Positions 35,735 through 50,700 of a stretch of DNA of 64,000 nucleotides are shown piece after piece. This DNA is from Vicugna vicugna (taxonomy: Eukaryota): positions 1,612,001 to 1,676,000 of the forward strand of contig MU058444.1 in assembly GCA_013265495.1 (NCBI GenBank), read 5' to 3'. The notes under the pieces are model-generated. The model ran no database searches. It was not told the DNA's origin and saw only the letters and a program-made list of their open reading frames with translations. The translations under genes were made by a program, and so were the position numbers. Every line of letters begins with the position of its first letter. Position 1 is the first letter of the stretch.

Positions 35735-38700
35735 CTAGGATGGGGCGTTAGCAATACATGAACAGAGGAGTTTGTTTTGGTTGCAGACGCAACTGAATCT
35801 GTAAAACATTTAAACTGGGAAAAAGAATCTCTTGAAGGTTTTACATGTTTGCACTAATGTGAAAAGAGGAGGTGTCCTCTTGCTAATTCTGTGTATCTTC
35901 CGGTTTGAAAAGAACCATCCCAAACAAAGTTTCCTAACACTAGGCCAAACTGTGTTACTGTAGAAATCACATTGCTGGTTAAGACACCAGCTGACATTCT
36001 AGTATTTCAGCTTGTACACTGTCCAAACTGTTTCTTCCTTGTAGCTTCTCTTTTGCCAATGTTATTGTAAACCGCCGAGTGCTGTATCAGTAAGCTGGAA
36101 CTCTAATAAAGGCACGTTTGTGCCGTCTCTGCAGTAAAGCCGTCTATCTCCATTCTACCTGGTTTTTAGTTTCCTCATCTAAATACACTGTCATGACCAC
36201 AGTGTAATTATCATCAATACACAGAGGTGTTCTAACACTAATTTGTGAACCATAGTCTAGTTGGTTCAATCAGCATGCTCAAAGAAAGTTAACTTAGGAT
36301 ATTGGCCTTTTAAAATTGATGACCCCAAAATAACAAAAACAAAATATCTAGGTTTGGGGACGGAACAGAGTGGTCTGGGGCACTTTCTACCACTAACACT
36401 TCCTGCAACTGCTGCTAATAAGCGTGTATGCAGTGCGTAACTACAGTGGCAGGTATTGTTCAGAATATTTAACACAAACAGTATTAACTCATTTGATCTT
36501 CTTCCAACAGTTTCATGGTGCAGATGACACGACATCACTATTTCCCAAATGAGGAAGCTGTCGCACGGCATAGTTAAATAACACTGCCAGCGGAGGCTGA
36601 GCTGAGAGTCAGTGTCAGCGCGATGCTGCTGCCCTGAGAATCAGGAAGACCTCACACGATCTACACTAGGTAAGCGTGAGCACCTAGAACCATGAGAATG
36701 AGTCTAGGAGTCTAAATGATAAGCCAGAGAGAACCCTGAACGGCTGATGAACGTAAGAAAAAACATTCTACTACTTAGAGCTCAATGTGTTGAATCTGAA
36801 TCACTTGAAACAAAAGTCTTAGTTTCAAATTTTTGGACGTAAATTTATGATGGTTTTCTTAAGCAAAATGTGCAGCCACACTGCTGAGCATACACGAGTT
36901 CTCACCTGGGGGACCAGGAGGGCCTTGTGCTCCAGGGTACCCAAGCCCTTGGCTCCCCTTTTCTCCGTTTCGTCCTGGAAGGCCTGCAAAGTGCCAGAGA
37001 GGGGAGTAAGCTTACTTTGCCTACAAGATCCTTTCCTCCTAGATCGGTTCTTTCAAAGCTGATAATACACACATTGAAAGAAAAAGAAATCTTTTAAAAA
37101 TAGCTTGCCACTGATTTATTATTACTAAGGGGAAAGAGAATTTTTGAAAAATTCTAAAATGACCCATGGTCTAGAAGAATTTAATGGAGATTAAATAGTA
37201 AGAAAGGAAAATGGTTTTGAATCATTAGCCCTTTCTGTTAATTGTAGTCCTTTTATTATGTTGATGGAACATCTGCATTGTTCATACAATCTTAAATTAA
37301 AAGGAACAAGTTACCCACCAGCATTTCACATAGACATTCAGGGGCACAGAGGAGGAAGTGATGGGCTACTGGGAAGTTTGGTTGCAAAACATAATTTTTC
37401 TTATAATAGAACAAAATTTTAAATAAGGAAACAGAAGTTACCAAAGTCAAAATAAAGGAAATGGGGGCTGTGATGTTCCATTTAAAGACCTTATTAGACT
37501 CAAGCAAAATTTCTGCGTGCATTGTCTGCATCTTCTGATGGACAGCTTCACGTGCTTTGTAACCTAGACCTTTCTCTCTTAACTTCAGGACAGTCTTTCA
37601 AGATACAGAAGAATTGTTCTGTAACTCAGTTCACCAGCTATTTAAAGACTTAGGGATACAAAAAATGTTTTGTCTTCGAGAAAACAAAGATGAACTCTTG
37701 TCTGTTAAATCAGTTTAGGGTGTGAATCCAAAACATACCCTTTCCTGTTGTTCACTGGCCTGTGCACATAAGTACCTTTTAATCCTCTGGCACCTGGGCG
37801 TCCAGGAGCACCCATAAATCCAGGAACACCATCTCTTCCTGGCAAACCAGGGAAGCCTCGGGGACCTTCTGGGCCCACGGGACCCGGCGGCCCAGGAATA
37901 CCAGGGGAGCCGTGCTGGGACTGGCAATGGTCACAACTTGGAATCCTTCCACTCTGCAATAAGACTGGTAGCTGGGCTTAGAAACAGAGAAACCCCATCT
38001 CTTTTGTTGAAATGGTGAATGGGCATTAATAGTCTCAATTTTTTTTTAATTTACAGATGTCTAAACCTTGGACAGTAATTTCACCCCTAGAAATTTACCT
38101 GTGGAAATGTTCATTGCTCTGTGCAATGATTTTATGTGGCAGTTGCATCAAACAAGGGGAAAAAAGTTAAGTGCCCCCATAGAAAGAAACTTGTAAATTA
38201 AATTATAGCCATCATATTTATAAGTAAAATGACCAGAATGGTGGCAGAAAGGAAAATTTAACGGATGGTGAAATAATTATAAATTGCTTTATTAAAAAGA
38301 TTAACAAGGGGTACATATACTGTTTTATCTTTATAAAAATATTTATCTAGATAAAAACCAGGTTTATAGCTGTCCTGTATTTTCTTCTTTATCTTCTATC
38401 TTTTATAGTTTCTACAAAGAATTTGTATTACTTTTGAAATCTGAAAAGTTATTAAAATCTCTATGAGACTTACCTCTTAATACATCAGTGCAAACTTGTC
38501 GAATAAACTGTTCTGAAAATTCTCTCCCCTGCATCAAATTATTAGGGGTTATAACATGCACGCACCAAATGAAAAGCAATGAAAATATGAAAACCGAAAG
38601 CAGCAGGATACATACGGGCTTCCCATCCAGCCCTGGAGGCCCCATGGGCCCTGCTTCCCCCGGCTGCCCCTGGGGACCCACAGGCCCCATCAGACCGTCC

Positions 38701-41700
38701 ACCCCAGACTCTCCTTTGGGTCCAGTGGCACCTCTGGCACCCGGCTCTCCCTTTTCACCGCTCTAGAAACAAAAGAAACCTTCATTAGTTCTATTCAGAT
38801 ATTTCGGGAGGTATAATTGCACCACAAGAATCCTCAAGGGCATGAATAAGAATATATACACATGTGTATATGTTAGTTACATAGGAACCAGCTGGGAAAT
38901 ACTGTTACTGATTAGGAGGGAAATTTTATGCTGTATTAAACCACCACTTGTCCACTCAGCCAGCCCTGCAAGTTAACCACCACTTATTACATGTACTGAC
39001 TAGGCAGTACGCTTAGTGCCAAAGACGCAACGACCGTGACACGGTCCTGCTCCCAGGGGGTTTAAAGTCTAGCGAGAGATGTGTGGAAACACCGTGTTCT
39101 TCACTGAAAAATGTGCAGAAAAACCTTAGCTCCTAATTTAGAAATCAGTATTATTGGCAAGTATGTAATATTTCACACCTAATTCAGTGAATCTAAAATA
39201 TAATATATTGTTTTTTATAAATACATTATGGAATATATAAAATATATAATACATAATATAAAATAATACCTATTATATAATAAATTATGTATATTTATAA
39301 TTTATAAAATATATATAAAATTATATAGTTATATAAACTTAATATATAAAGATACATGATAAATATATATGAATAGTATATATAATATAAATATTCTGAA
39401 AAATCACTAGGAACTATTGAAGAATACAAAAAACACTTTCTATCTGCGATGTCCATAGCTAGATGTATATACAGTTTTGAAAGTCAAGCCAGAGGACTGA
39501 GCAGGAGCAGCAGAATACATGAAGAAACATACCTCTCCTTTTGCACCATGATGGCCTGGAATCCCCTTTGAAAATTAATGGGGAAAAAGAAAAAACAAAA
39601 ATAAATGTGCAGGCTACAGGGCTAGTACTGGGGTGTGCACCTTTTACCACAGATTTAATTAGACTTTAATCTTACGTTTGGAAAACAGCATTAGGAGTGG
39701 TGACAGTTACACATACAAGAGACCTATTTGTGCCTTTTTAAAAGGAGACTCATGGCTAGGACGCATGCTAACTGGATCACTTAAAAAGGTTCATCTACAT
39801 ACCTGTCATTTTTATATATGAATATTTTCATATGCTGCAGGTCAAATATGTAGATTAGAATGGCGCTCTATCTGAATTCTTTTAAAATTCTATTGACTTT
39901 AAAATGTATTACTATCTTAATGAAAATTAAAATTCAAATCAGAGAACAAGCCAATATCTTATAATGACTATAAATGGAGTCTAACCTTTAAAAATTGCAA
40001 ATCACTATATTGTAACCCTGTAACATATCATCTTATAATCTTATAAGTCTTATAAAAAGCACATCAGCTATATACCGCAATAAAAGAAACTCCAATTAGG
40101 TAAGATGAGGTGTCTTTATTCTTTTATTCTGTGATTAAGATGAGTATTGTATTTTTCCCAAGTTTATATTCTTAAAGTTAAATTTTGTTTGAGTACTATT
40201 GATAAAAGCTGGGTTAAAGTAAAGGTAACATTCAAAGTGATTAACAGGGAAGGCAGACCAATCTGGCCTGTGCCAGCATCAGTCACTGCTGGTAATTTAG
40301 AGATAAGACGAGCAGTGTGATGGCAGTGCGGTATTTCCCTCCCGGTGACGGGAACACTGGGGAGCCCACGCACGACCCGCAGCATCACAATCATGGGTGC
40401 GGCTCGATGGCTCTGTTAAATTGCTTCCACTCATCTTTCACATCGTCATTCCAATGACATATCATGTAGGTAGTAAGAACTTTCAGGACAGGCATTCCAA
40501 TTTTCTGTCTTTTAAATTCATTGTGTAGTCAGGCTCTGAAATCACCTAATACTAGTTCAGGAAAGAGAGTATAGCTTTCACATACACAGGCAGGATTTCA
40601 CTTATTCAACTTTAAAAATGGGTGTTCTGCAATTCAATTTGAACTTTAGTGTACAACGTTTCAATATGAAAAAATACGAATATCCAAATTAGACCAAAGG
40701 GGAGAAAAATTAGGTAAAATCAGTGTACGGCACAGAGAAAGGTAGATTCTCAAAAGGTGAGCATAAAAACAGTTAGGCTCCTATCACTGAGTAAAACACT
40801 CTCTGTAAGGCCATTCTTTAAATATTGAGGATTCCAAAGAATTGCAGGGGTGTTTCCTGCCAGTCGTAATCCTACAGCTGGGTCCAGGGTAAGAGGGAAG
40901 ATAAGCCCTCAGGACTAGAACAAAATTAGAGCTGAAACTGAAAACAGCTGTCACCCGAGAATCCACTAAGATGATTTCACGAGGGAAACATCCACTTGGA
41001 CTCCCTTCACAACACGAAGGCCAAAAAATCGCACGCGTGCAGCCCTTGGTCGGGTGTCAGGTAACGAGGACTCTGTTTGCTTGGAGAGCTTGGGACCTGA
41101 GAATCAGCAGCCGCTCCGCCCTCCCCTCCACCCTGGTTCTCCCTATAGACTCCGCGCCGGTGGTGGGCGACGGAGCTCCCGACAAACCCGGGACAAGCTT
41201 TCTAGGGAACCCAAGTCCTGCCCTGGGGGTGAGAAGCGAGAACCCTGAAGAGACTATCATCAGTAAACCAGCGAGCTAGCGCAGCTGTGAGCTCGAATTC
41301 CAAAGGAAATACACTTCTTTCAGAGAGTTACTGTGCGTAATGAAAATACAACACACATGATTAAAGCAAGCCGTGGTCACCACCACCAGTGAGCGAACTC
41401 ACTCTTCTGCCCTAGAATGCACGTTACGCCTCCCCTTGCCCCCACCCTCCTTTATTGGTAGGTAACCCTCTCTCAGCATTGTTCAGTTATGTGATACATT
41501 ATTTCATTTTCCACCAATAAAATAAAATGACATACCTGTTGCCCTGGAATCCCTTGTCTTCCATTTTCTCCCTTTTGACCCTTTAAAATTTAAGAAACAT
41601 TAGTAATTAGTTTGCACACATATGATGCAATTACATATACAGCACAAACTGCCCTACACTGCAGTCTAGAAGGAATGGCATAAAAGCAGCAACACAGGCA

Positions 41701-44700
41701 TGTAAAACGGTGTAAGAGGTGGAGAAGAAAAAAGGAAATGAGAGGAAAGGCAACGCAATCTTACACTTAAAATGGACAGAGACAAGGAACCACTGCCGGC
41801 TCTGAGGAGCACGGAAGTCATTTCCGACAGGTAGGGACATTCTGCTGAGTCCACGGTCACAGCATGAAAAGCACTTTGAAAGCTAGTAGCTATCATTCAT
41901 TCTATTAATCTCAATGACATTATCTATGTTCAGTGCTAACGATAAACATGTGAGGACAAGAAGCCCTCTTTAAACAAATTTTTTAAATTAAAAATATTCT
42001 GTTAAAAAAAAAGCTTTTTGAAGGAAGATCTTTATCTTTAAATCAGGACAAGTAAGCGAGAAAAAAATCCACAAAGCTATAAACACATTCTGTCCGTTGA
42101 ATCAGCACTTTGGGACGTCCAGCCTGGGTAAGACACTGGGCGAGTCTGCGCCCTGAAGTACTATCACTTCATCCCTCTGTTGAAAAGGGCAATCAGCGGT
42201 TTCCAGGAAAACATGTGCCTAGATACAGAATCACTGAAAGGGCCAGTGACTAAAATTTTAAATCACCACTGCTCGGCGGTTTGTGCATTTATTTACTTAC
42301 ATAAATGAAATTCCCCATATTTATCAGGAGGGCCCTATTTGCTAGCAGGACACTGAAACTGTCCCTAATGTCGCCTTCAAGTTGCTCATTGCGTGGTGCA
42401 AAAGCTAAGCAACCAAACCAGGAACGATGACACTGCTGTCTGCTAAGGACGCAGCGTGTAACTGCCCATCTGGGACGGGTGCTCCTGGGGCATAGGATGG
42501 GGCACCTGACAAAGAGGGTCAGAAAAATGACTGCCTCTTGAGCGCAGCCCCCAGTGGAAGCGGTAGTCAACTGGAGAGGACAGGACGGTGTGCCAGGAAG
42601 AGGCGACGCAGGACAAAGGCAAGCGATTCCTTCTGGCCAAAGCAGCAGGGCAGGCGTGGATGACGGCGGGCAGAGGGCGGAGAGGAGACTGCGGAGGAGG
42701 ACTCAGTCAGACCAGGAGACACTTCATGGACGGACTGTACCCTGAAAGGTGTGGGGCACCACTGAAGGGTTCCTGAGCAGACGGGCAGCTTAGGTATTGA
42801 TGCTGGTGGACGTGGGGGGAAAGGACACACTGGACTCAAGCAGACCACTTAGATTTGTAATTTATGGTTGGGAAAGTCTTTTATTTCTAAAACTTAAAAG
42901 ATTGGAAGATCAGATATAGTCCATTCCAGATCAGTGTGTCAGTGATTGAGCCAGTGCCATCCGGCTTCTGGGTCAGGGTTCAGTTAATGAAAAAACCCCT
43001 CAAGGGCCACTTAATCTGAGGCGGACTCGTCCTTATCCCTCAAGGCAGCAGCGTGTTTCTCCTCTTTGCCTTTGTTGCTAAAGCACCCAAAACCAAACGT
43101 CCTTCTGCACCACCTAGATTTCCTCAGCCTGAGGCTACTTTCTGGCCATTCTCCTTCCATTTATTAGTTGGAATATGTTTTCTATTTGGTGTTAATGGTT
43201 TCTTACACAAATTTATTTGTGCCAGCAGCCATTTCAAATCATTTGTGGAAACACAGTATAAAACATATAACTAAATAGATACTAGAAGTAGGTAATAAAA
43301 CCCGTATACTTATTTGGTTGAATCGCTTGGTTCCCAAGTTTTCTACAACAACGAAGTGGTAAAGGATCTTAAAGCTAGATTTGATGTGTTCTGAGTTTAG
43401 TAGCAGAAGCAGAAAGCTGGGATCTAACAGTTACTGATGGTGAAACAGGAAGGAGCTGGGAAAGCAATGTAAGAATTAAAAAGAACAAAGCCCCGATTGT
43501 ATTTTGCCAAGCAGAAACAAAACAAAACAAAACAAAAAGCCAGCAACATACCTGAATGCCTCTTTCACCTTGATTTCCTTTGTCCCCCTGCAAAAAGGTA
43601 ATTTAATATGTATCATAATCTAGTATGTTCTGTATCCTCTCAAATAAATATGTTTTTCTTCAGCAAAGAAAAATACATGATCTCATGCAAATTCCACAAG
43701 TGCCTTATAGACAAACGCTGACTCCAACGCAGTATTTGAGAAGCGAGTAAAACCACATGTATGTCAAAATGTCCTAAATGAATACTTTCTCATGCTCTTT
43801 CTTACACACAGAAGAAAATTTACTACAATTTCTATTTTACAAGGAAGAAGAAAACTTTTCTCTATTGATGGCAATCTGAAGTGAAACAAACAACAGAGGA
43901 CTTATTTTTGACAAATGTCGTTTCATGAAATCAGACTGAAAATCCTCTACTATTAAGCTAATAGTGGCCACAAATTAATAGGAAACAATGAAATAAAAAA
44001 TAATGTTCACATGATATTTTAGAAAACATGTGCTTCAAAAATTAACTTTTGGGGGAAAATTCTTATTCTATGATAAAGTTTCCTGGAATTTCTCAGCTAG
44101 AAGAGACATTTGAAACCAACTAGTTCAATGTCCCTGTTCTTATAGGTAATGAACCCATAGATCATGAAAGGTAAGCACTTGCCCAAAGTTTAACTTGAAC
44201 ACTGTCTCCAAATTTCCTTTCAACCATGCTGTCCAAACAGAGAGAGTAGTGTGTTTACAGCAAACAAAATACAGATTTTAATGGCAAGTTTTTGAACAAG
44301 GAAATTCTCTTAAATCCAAACATATATCCACAGTAGATTGACTTAATATTCACTAAAGATCTAACACTTGATTCTGCTGTGAGGGTCACCCCTGCATCAG
44401 CTTATCAGGGCAGAAGGATCACACAGTACAGCAGTGTGGGGGCCAGGCAGTTACTACATGAGGGACAGAGAAAGGAAACAAAAACTGAAACAGCACGGGA
44501 TACAGAGACAGAGACGTCAAGGTTTGTATCCTTTCCGTAATCAATGCCAGCATCCTTCCTTCTAACCTGAAATGTATACGTTTGCAGTGGCACAGGCATC
44601 TCTGAAGGTGGGCAGCCAGTCAGTGGCTGCGTAACCTTCAGACCAACAATAATAATATGTATGCACACACAGCTCAGGGTTCCTTTACCTAACCTGAGAG

Positions 44701-47700
44701 AGAGAGAACCCAAAGTGATGCTGTTTTATCTCACCAAACTGTTCTACATGAGTAGACAGGATTCTATTTTAAACTCCTTAAATTAATTTTAAGTGAATTG
44801 TTATGTGAGAGAATTGTTTCACAGAGAGGAATGTCCCAGTCAAACATTCTGGCTGTAATTTTTATCCTTTACCCTGCAGAGGACAGAACTCTGCTCTCTG
44901 TTTGGACGGCAGAAGCTTTTGCTCCAGTCTCGGTAGGAGTGATACTCATATTTCGGTAAGAGTGCCTCACGCTGAGTAGTTTCCCGAAAAAATTCTTGAC
45001 CCACCTGGATTGCCTAGAAAACAACCCGAATTTAGAGGGCATTACTTCATAGTACGTTTCTTTTTTCTGATCTGCCTCTTCCAAGGCCCCACGCAGGGTC
45101 GTGAAAGTTGCCACAGCGCTTGGCATGGGGTGGAACACACTATACGCCCACCAAATACGTAGGTCAGCTTATCACTGAGTGTATAACTGGTCCTTCAGTG
45201 CTGTTTCACAAAAGGAGAACTTACATGGTAATAGCTGATTAACACTGAGTTAAAACCCTAAATATCATACCTTTTTCCCCTGAATTCCAGGCAAACCCAG
45301 GTACCCTGGTTCTCCCGGGGGGCCCGCTGCTCCTGGCTCTCCCTGGGTAACACAGAAATTGCATGACAGTCACAGACCTGCTGCTTGTGAAACACACCAC
45401 TGCTTTCATCTCTACATACATGTCAGATTTAAAATTGATAGTTAAAAAAATGTGTTGACATTTATACTCATTACTACAGAAATAGTAAAGAATGACAAGT
45501 CCACTGCAGCCCCAATAAAACTTCTTATATTTTTTTGTCTTTGCTAGTTAAGATATTCTATGCTAATTATTATACCATATAATACTCTAATATTTTTTAG
45601 CTATTTAGTATTTTATTATATTTATAACGTCAACAATAAATAAAGCAGTGAAAGTCACAAACACGGGTATCTCTTTGTATTTACTAACACTTTCTCTTCC
45701 TCCTTGAGGCTGCTTTTTCTCATAATCCTCCTTTAAAAACCTTTATTGTTACAAAACTAGTAAGTACATAGAAGTAATAAAATTATTGAAAATCTCATTA
45801 TACACACTTCTTACTTTGTTGTACATTTTTCTCTCTACCGCTCACAGATACAAAACTCAGTTACTGAAATGTGCTATGTATGCATAATTTTATAATGTAT
45901 CTTTTACTTCAACATATATTAATATTATGAGGTCTTCATATGCCATTCTGTTTTTTAAAACAACTTTTAATTGCAGAATCACATTCAACTGTGTTGATTT
46001 ACCATATTTTATTTAATAAAATTCCTATTGTTAAGCGTTCATTTTTATTTTTATAAATAATATTGGGGTGAACATCCTTATAGGTAAATATGCACACTTA
46101 TGGTTTTTACATGTGTATATGTGGAATATGTATGTGACACATATATGTGGAATATTCTTTTCTTGGAAGTAAATTCTTGAGCTGTTTTCAGGATAAGGAA
46201 TACTCCATGACTTCTCTTAATTTTTCTACTCCCTATCGTCTCATAGGGATTATTTCCTTTCTTTTAAAAGTCTTAAACAAGGAAATTTTCTGAAGGCACA
46301 GAAAGAGGATGGATGTATCAACAATATTTACGTTAAAAGTGTAGGAGATGGGACATACCCCTAACCGGCGCCATGGTTCGTTTTACCATTAGTTCCAAAC
46401 TCTGTTACATTAACTGAAAAATAACCTCTTATGTGGAAACTAAGTACTATTCTTTCTGCTCACTGTGTCCACTACTCCCGAGCTGCTGACTGTTAGTCTA
46501 GATGTTCGAAGGCTGGAAGAGAACTGAAAGTCCCGTTGAAATAAACAGCAACCATTTGGTCTGGAGGAAGCTGGTAATAATAATAAGTCGTGTGTGAGCC
46601 CCAAAGTGGAAATCAGCTCCTGTCAATCAGCAAACAAAGGAGCAGCAGAGCACCAGTGGTGGGGACACAGCCCTCTGGCGTTCAGCCGCGTAAGAGAGCG
46701 ATGTTCTCTGGACCAGAGAGGCTGTTCATACTAGCATGTAACTGTTTCCGATTCTAGAAAAAACAAACCAAAGCATATTGCATGCCTTTCTTACCCAAAG
46801 TGTGATCAAATATCCAAAAATCCGAAATGGAATTGGCCCACGTTCACCATTTGCTTTCACGTACCTTAATTTTATGATCGGGGTAATCCTTCATTTCACA
46901 TATCTTTTCTTAAGAGATATAAAGGTTAATCTCATCAAACAATGAGGGGAACTCTTAATTCTTTAAAGATATTTCCAAAAGCATCAAATCACAATTACCT
47001 TGAGCCCAGAAGCCCCAGGCATGCCTTGAAGTCCAGGTTCACCTTTATTTCCCTGTCAATGCATCAAAACCATTTGACTTTTTAAAAATTAAGTCACACT
47101 ACATCTGATACAAACACTTAAGGGAATATATTTAAAATAAGCTTACACTTCCCACCTCCCAGTTGTTTGAAACAGAATCTATATGTTAAGACTCCTATTA
47201 AGAAAAACCCTTTTAAGCAAGGAAGTGAGTTCACACATATATAAAGCTTTCTAAAAGCATGTTTTAAAGCTGGTAGCTGCAAGTAAAGAAAGAGATTCAA
47301 ATCTTTAAGGACCAGCACTGATCAGCTAGGTCTCCGTGCTGCACGGGCCGGAGTCACGGATTTTAACAGCATCCTCCAGGCTGGGAACTTTCATCTTTCT
47401 TTCTGTCACTAATTTCTAGTTTGCAGCTGCAGGAAAGAAACTTAACAAAATGCACAGTGGCTTTTTTGGGGTGGGGGTGGTGGGGGGAAGAAGCATGAAT
47501 CAGAAAATGTTTAGTTTGTGCTCTTTTTCAAGATTCCAGGCAGGCCTTGCTAACAGAAACTTGGAGAGCAAGACAGAGTGGACAGAACAAAGAACGTTAA
47601 GACAGGAATAGAGGACTAGTTCTAAAAAGAGAGAACCCGCCTCTTGGCTCATCAGGAGATACAGTCAGAGGTGGTTCCGGTTTTCAAATACACTTTGACC

Positions 47701-50700
47701 TCTGAAATCACAACTTCATCACGGTCTGGCAAAACCCGTAACTAAAGCAGCTGGTGTGACACCTGGAAGGGAAGGGCTCACCGATCAGTAAAGGGAATCA
47801 CCTTCATTTTCAGCTCATGTTGAGAAACATGTGAGCATAACATTTGGACTTAATTAAAGCATTTAGCACATGCCAGCTAACACAACACCACAGAACAACG
47901 GTTCCTTAAAATTTCTAATTTTACAAGTGGTAAGTTAAGCTGAAACTCACAGAGGTGCCGGGACTTGCTGAAAGTTACACGGCTTGATTATGTTACTCTA
48001 CCTTGACGTCATTTAGATGTCTTACAAAACTGGAATTTAGTATGGTAAAAGTTGACTTATAAGTGGTTCAATGGCTATTTAAAAAAGAAGTATTATAATC
48101 TAAATTGGAAGTTTTCTAAAGATCTATCACAGAGTTTCAGCCTTATCCCTGCTCTGTTTCATACAGGTTTTTTTGCTTGTTTTTTGGTCCCTCTCTAGAA
48201 CTTACATCACAGGCACATCCACACAGTGTATTCTAAGGCTGCTTTTGCATTATAATAGCTGAGTTGAGTAGTTGCAACAGAAACTATATGGCCCTCAAAG
48301 ATAAAACATTTCCTATCTGGCTCTTTGCAGAAAAAGTTTGTAACACCTGAGCTGATAAGCTGCATGAAAAGAAGCAGACATGTTTTACTGAAAAGGTTGC
48401 ATTTAATGTTTCACTGAAAAGTGGGTGGAAAGGGATGAATTGGGAGTTCAAGATTTGCAGATGTGAACTACTACATATAAAAACAGATAAACAACAAGGT
48501 TCTACTGCACAGCACAGGGAACTCTATTCAGTATCTTATAGTAACCTGTAATGAAAAAGAATATGAAAAGGAATCCATGTATGTACACGCATGACTGGGA
48601 CATGATGCTGGACACCAGAAATTGACACACTGTAACTGACTATACTTCAATTTAAATTTTTTTTTAATTTTAAAAGATTACATTTAAGAGGTATACTTTT
48701 AACATCTTGAATCTATTTTTAACAAAACAACTGCACAAATACAAGGTGAGGGAGATCAAACATTACAGTATATTCATGTGAAAACAAACACACTGCAGTG
48801 CTAGAAGCAATCTCCTGCCTCCCCAGCCAAATCAACAGATCCCCCAGGTGGTGGATGCCACAGATACATTGTTCTAAAACCTTCTATGGAAAGGCAGGCA
48901 GATTCAATTGACCTTCAGCTCAGTGTGAGCCAAGGAAGTGAAGTGGAAGTGAAGTGGCTAATGAAAAAGAAGCTGATGAACCCTTAGGCTTCATTCTTAA
49001 GAATTAGAGCATCCAGAACATCATGGGAGAGTCCCCTGAACCCCAGTTACTTAAGGAGTATACAACTACTCTCTTTTTTTCTTACAATATGACCTTGAGA
49101 AACGATGGAGAACGTCAGCTCAGCAAGCGCACTCATACCGGTGGGACCCGCCGGGACCCACCCCTGGTGAGGGGGCAGCTACTTCTCCCTGATCGCTGGG
49201 CTCCCAGGATTTCTGATTCTCTCTCTCTCTTAAAAGTAGAACAGATTTGGCCATCTACTCATTTTGAATGTCAAGATCTGTTTCCCTGGTCTTGTTAAGG
49301 GTTGAATGCTTCCAAAACAGCAACTCCATCACTTCCTTTTGGAAGGTTATCCTAGAATCTACGCATTCAATAGTTGAGCATAGTTTAAGTCAAGCCAGAA
49401 GGTACTTGATCTGATCCTTATAAATCAAGAAAAAAAAGTTTTCTTCGCACATGATTCTGTACACCTAGAAAATGGTCAAGCCATGGTATGCAGAGTTTCA
49501 TTTCCACCTGAAGAATAACCTCATCTGACAGCTAAATGTATTTGTCAAGCTTGCTTTACTTTTTTTTTCTTCTACAAGTAAAGATAACATATGCCACCTC
49601 ATCCCCGGTTTTTTGGGAGGGAATGCAAAACTCACTCCAAGGCATTTTACAAATAAAACTTCTGGACAGATTCCACTAAATAAAATACCAAGCAGAGGAC
49701 TTGGAGGTTGGCAAGCCTATCCTCAATCATCACTACTAATGCTCTAGAGGCTGGGCCTGGCACCGAGCTCCGCGGAGCTCTCTGCATCCCTCAGTGCACT
49801 GGAGATGCCAGCAAGGAAGGAGGGGCGGAGTCGTGAGGGACTGTGGACTCTTTCCAGCTCAAACCAGGCGTGCTTTACATTATTACACATTACAGTGTGT
49901 GTTGTATGCTTAGTTTTTGCCTAAGACTTCATTCCTAAAAGTGACGGTTCACAGAATTAAAACATTTCAAAATTAAGTCAGTGTAGTTGAAACTTTGAGT
50001 GAAGTACATAAATGGTCCTTCTGCACAAAGCTCCTGACCATAATTTCCTTTTCTTTACCTTAGATCCTGGTATTCCAGGCTGACCCGGTGCACCATCGCT
50101 GCCCATCAGGCCCTGCATTTTTCAGTGGGAATTTCAAGAGAGATTTAGAGAAGAATATTAAAACATATGAAATCAATTTTCAAGTTACACATTTTCATAA
50201 TAATTAATCCACTAAAACATAACGCAACATATGGGAAATTTCCCTACGCACATCCAAATAAAGGGTAACAAAGAATCAGACTATGCAAGACAGTGCGATG
50301 GCCAACAAGGCCCTCATGACTTGGCTGCTCACATCACCTACGAAAAGCAAAAATTACTGGAGAGTTAGTAAAAGACAAATGTAAAGAAAAGTTTATTTTT
50401 TATACCCTCTTACTTTCTTCCTTTTGTCACGGTGGCTAAGAATTAGGTTTCTTCATACATCTTGGTCAATTTTACTCACATTTTTTATTTTCTTAAATAA
50501 TATCTTGAAAGAGTAAAAAAATCTATTAAATTCTCTGAATATAATCATCTCTCTTCAATTTACAAATGGCCCTATTTTTAACTAGCCACATGATTCAAAA
50601 TAAGACAAGGAACTGATTTAACTTAGATTCCATTTTAAAGACTCTTACATATATTTAAAATAACATTTCCTTTCTCTTAAACATAATAAAGGAAATGGGA

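Noticed and set aside
38488..38766. Plus-strand Pro/Gly-rich ORF
   Set aside because: Antisense shadow of COL21A1 Gly-X-Y exons.
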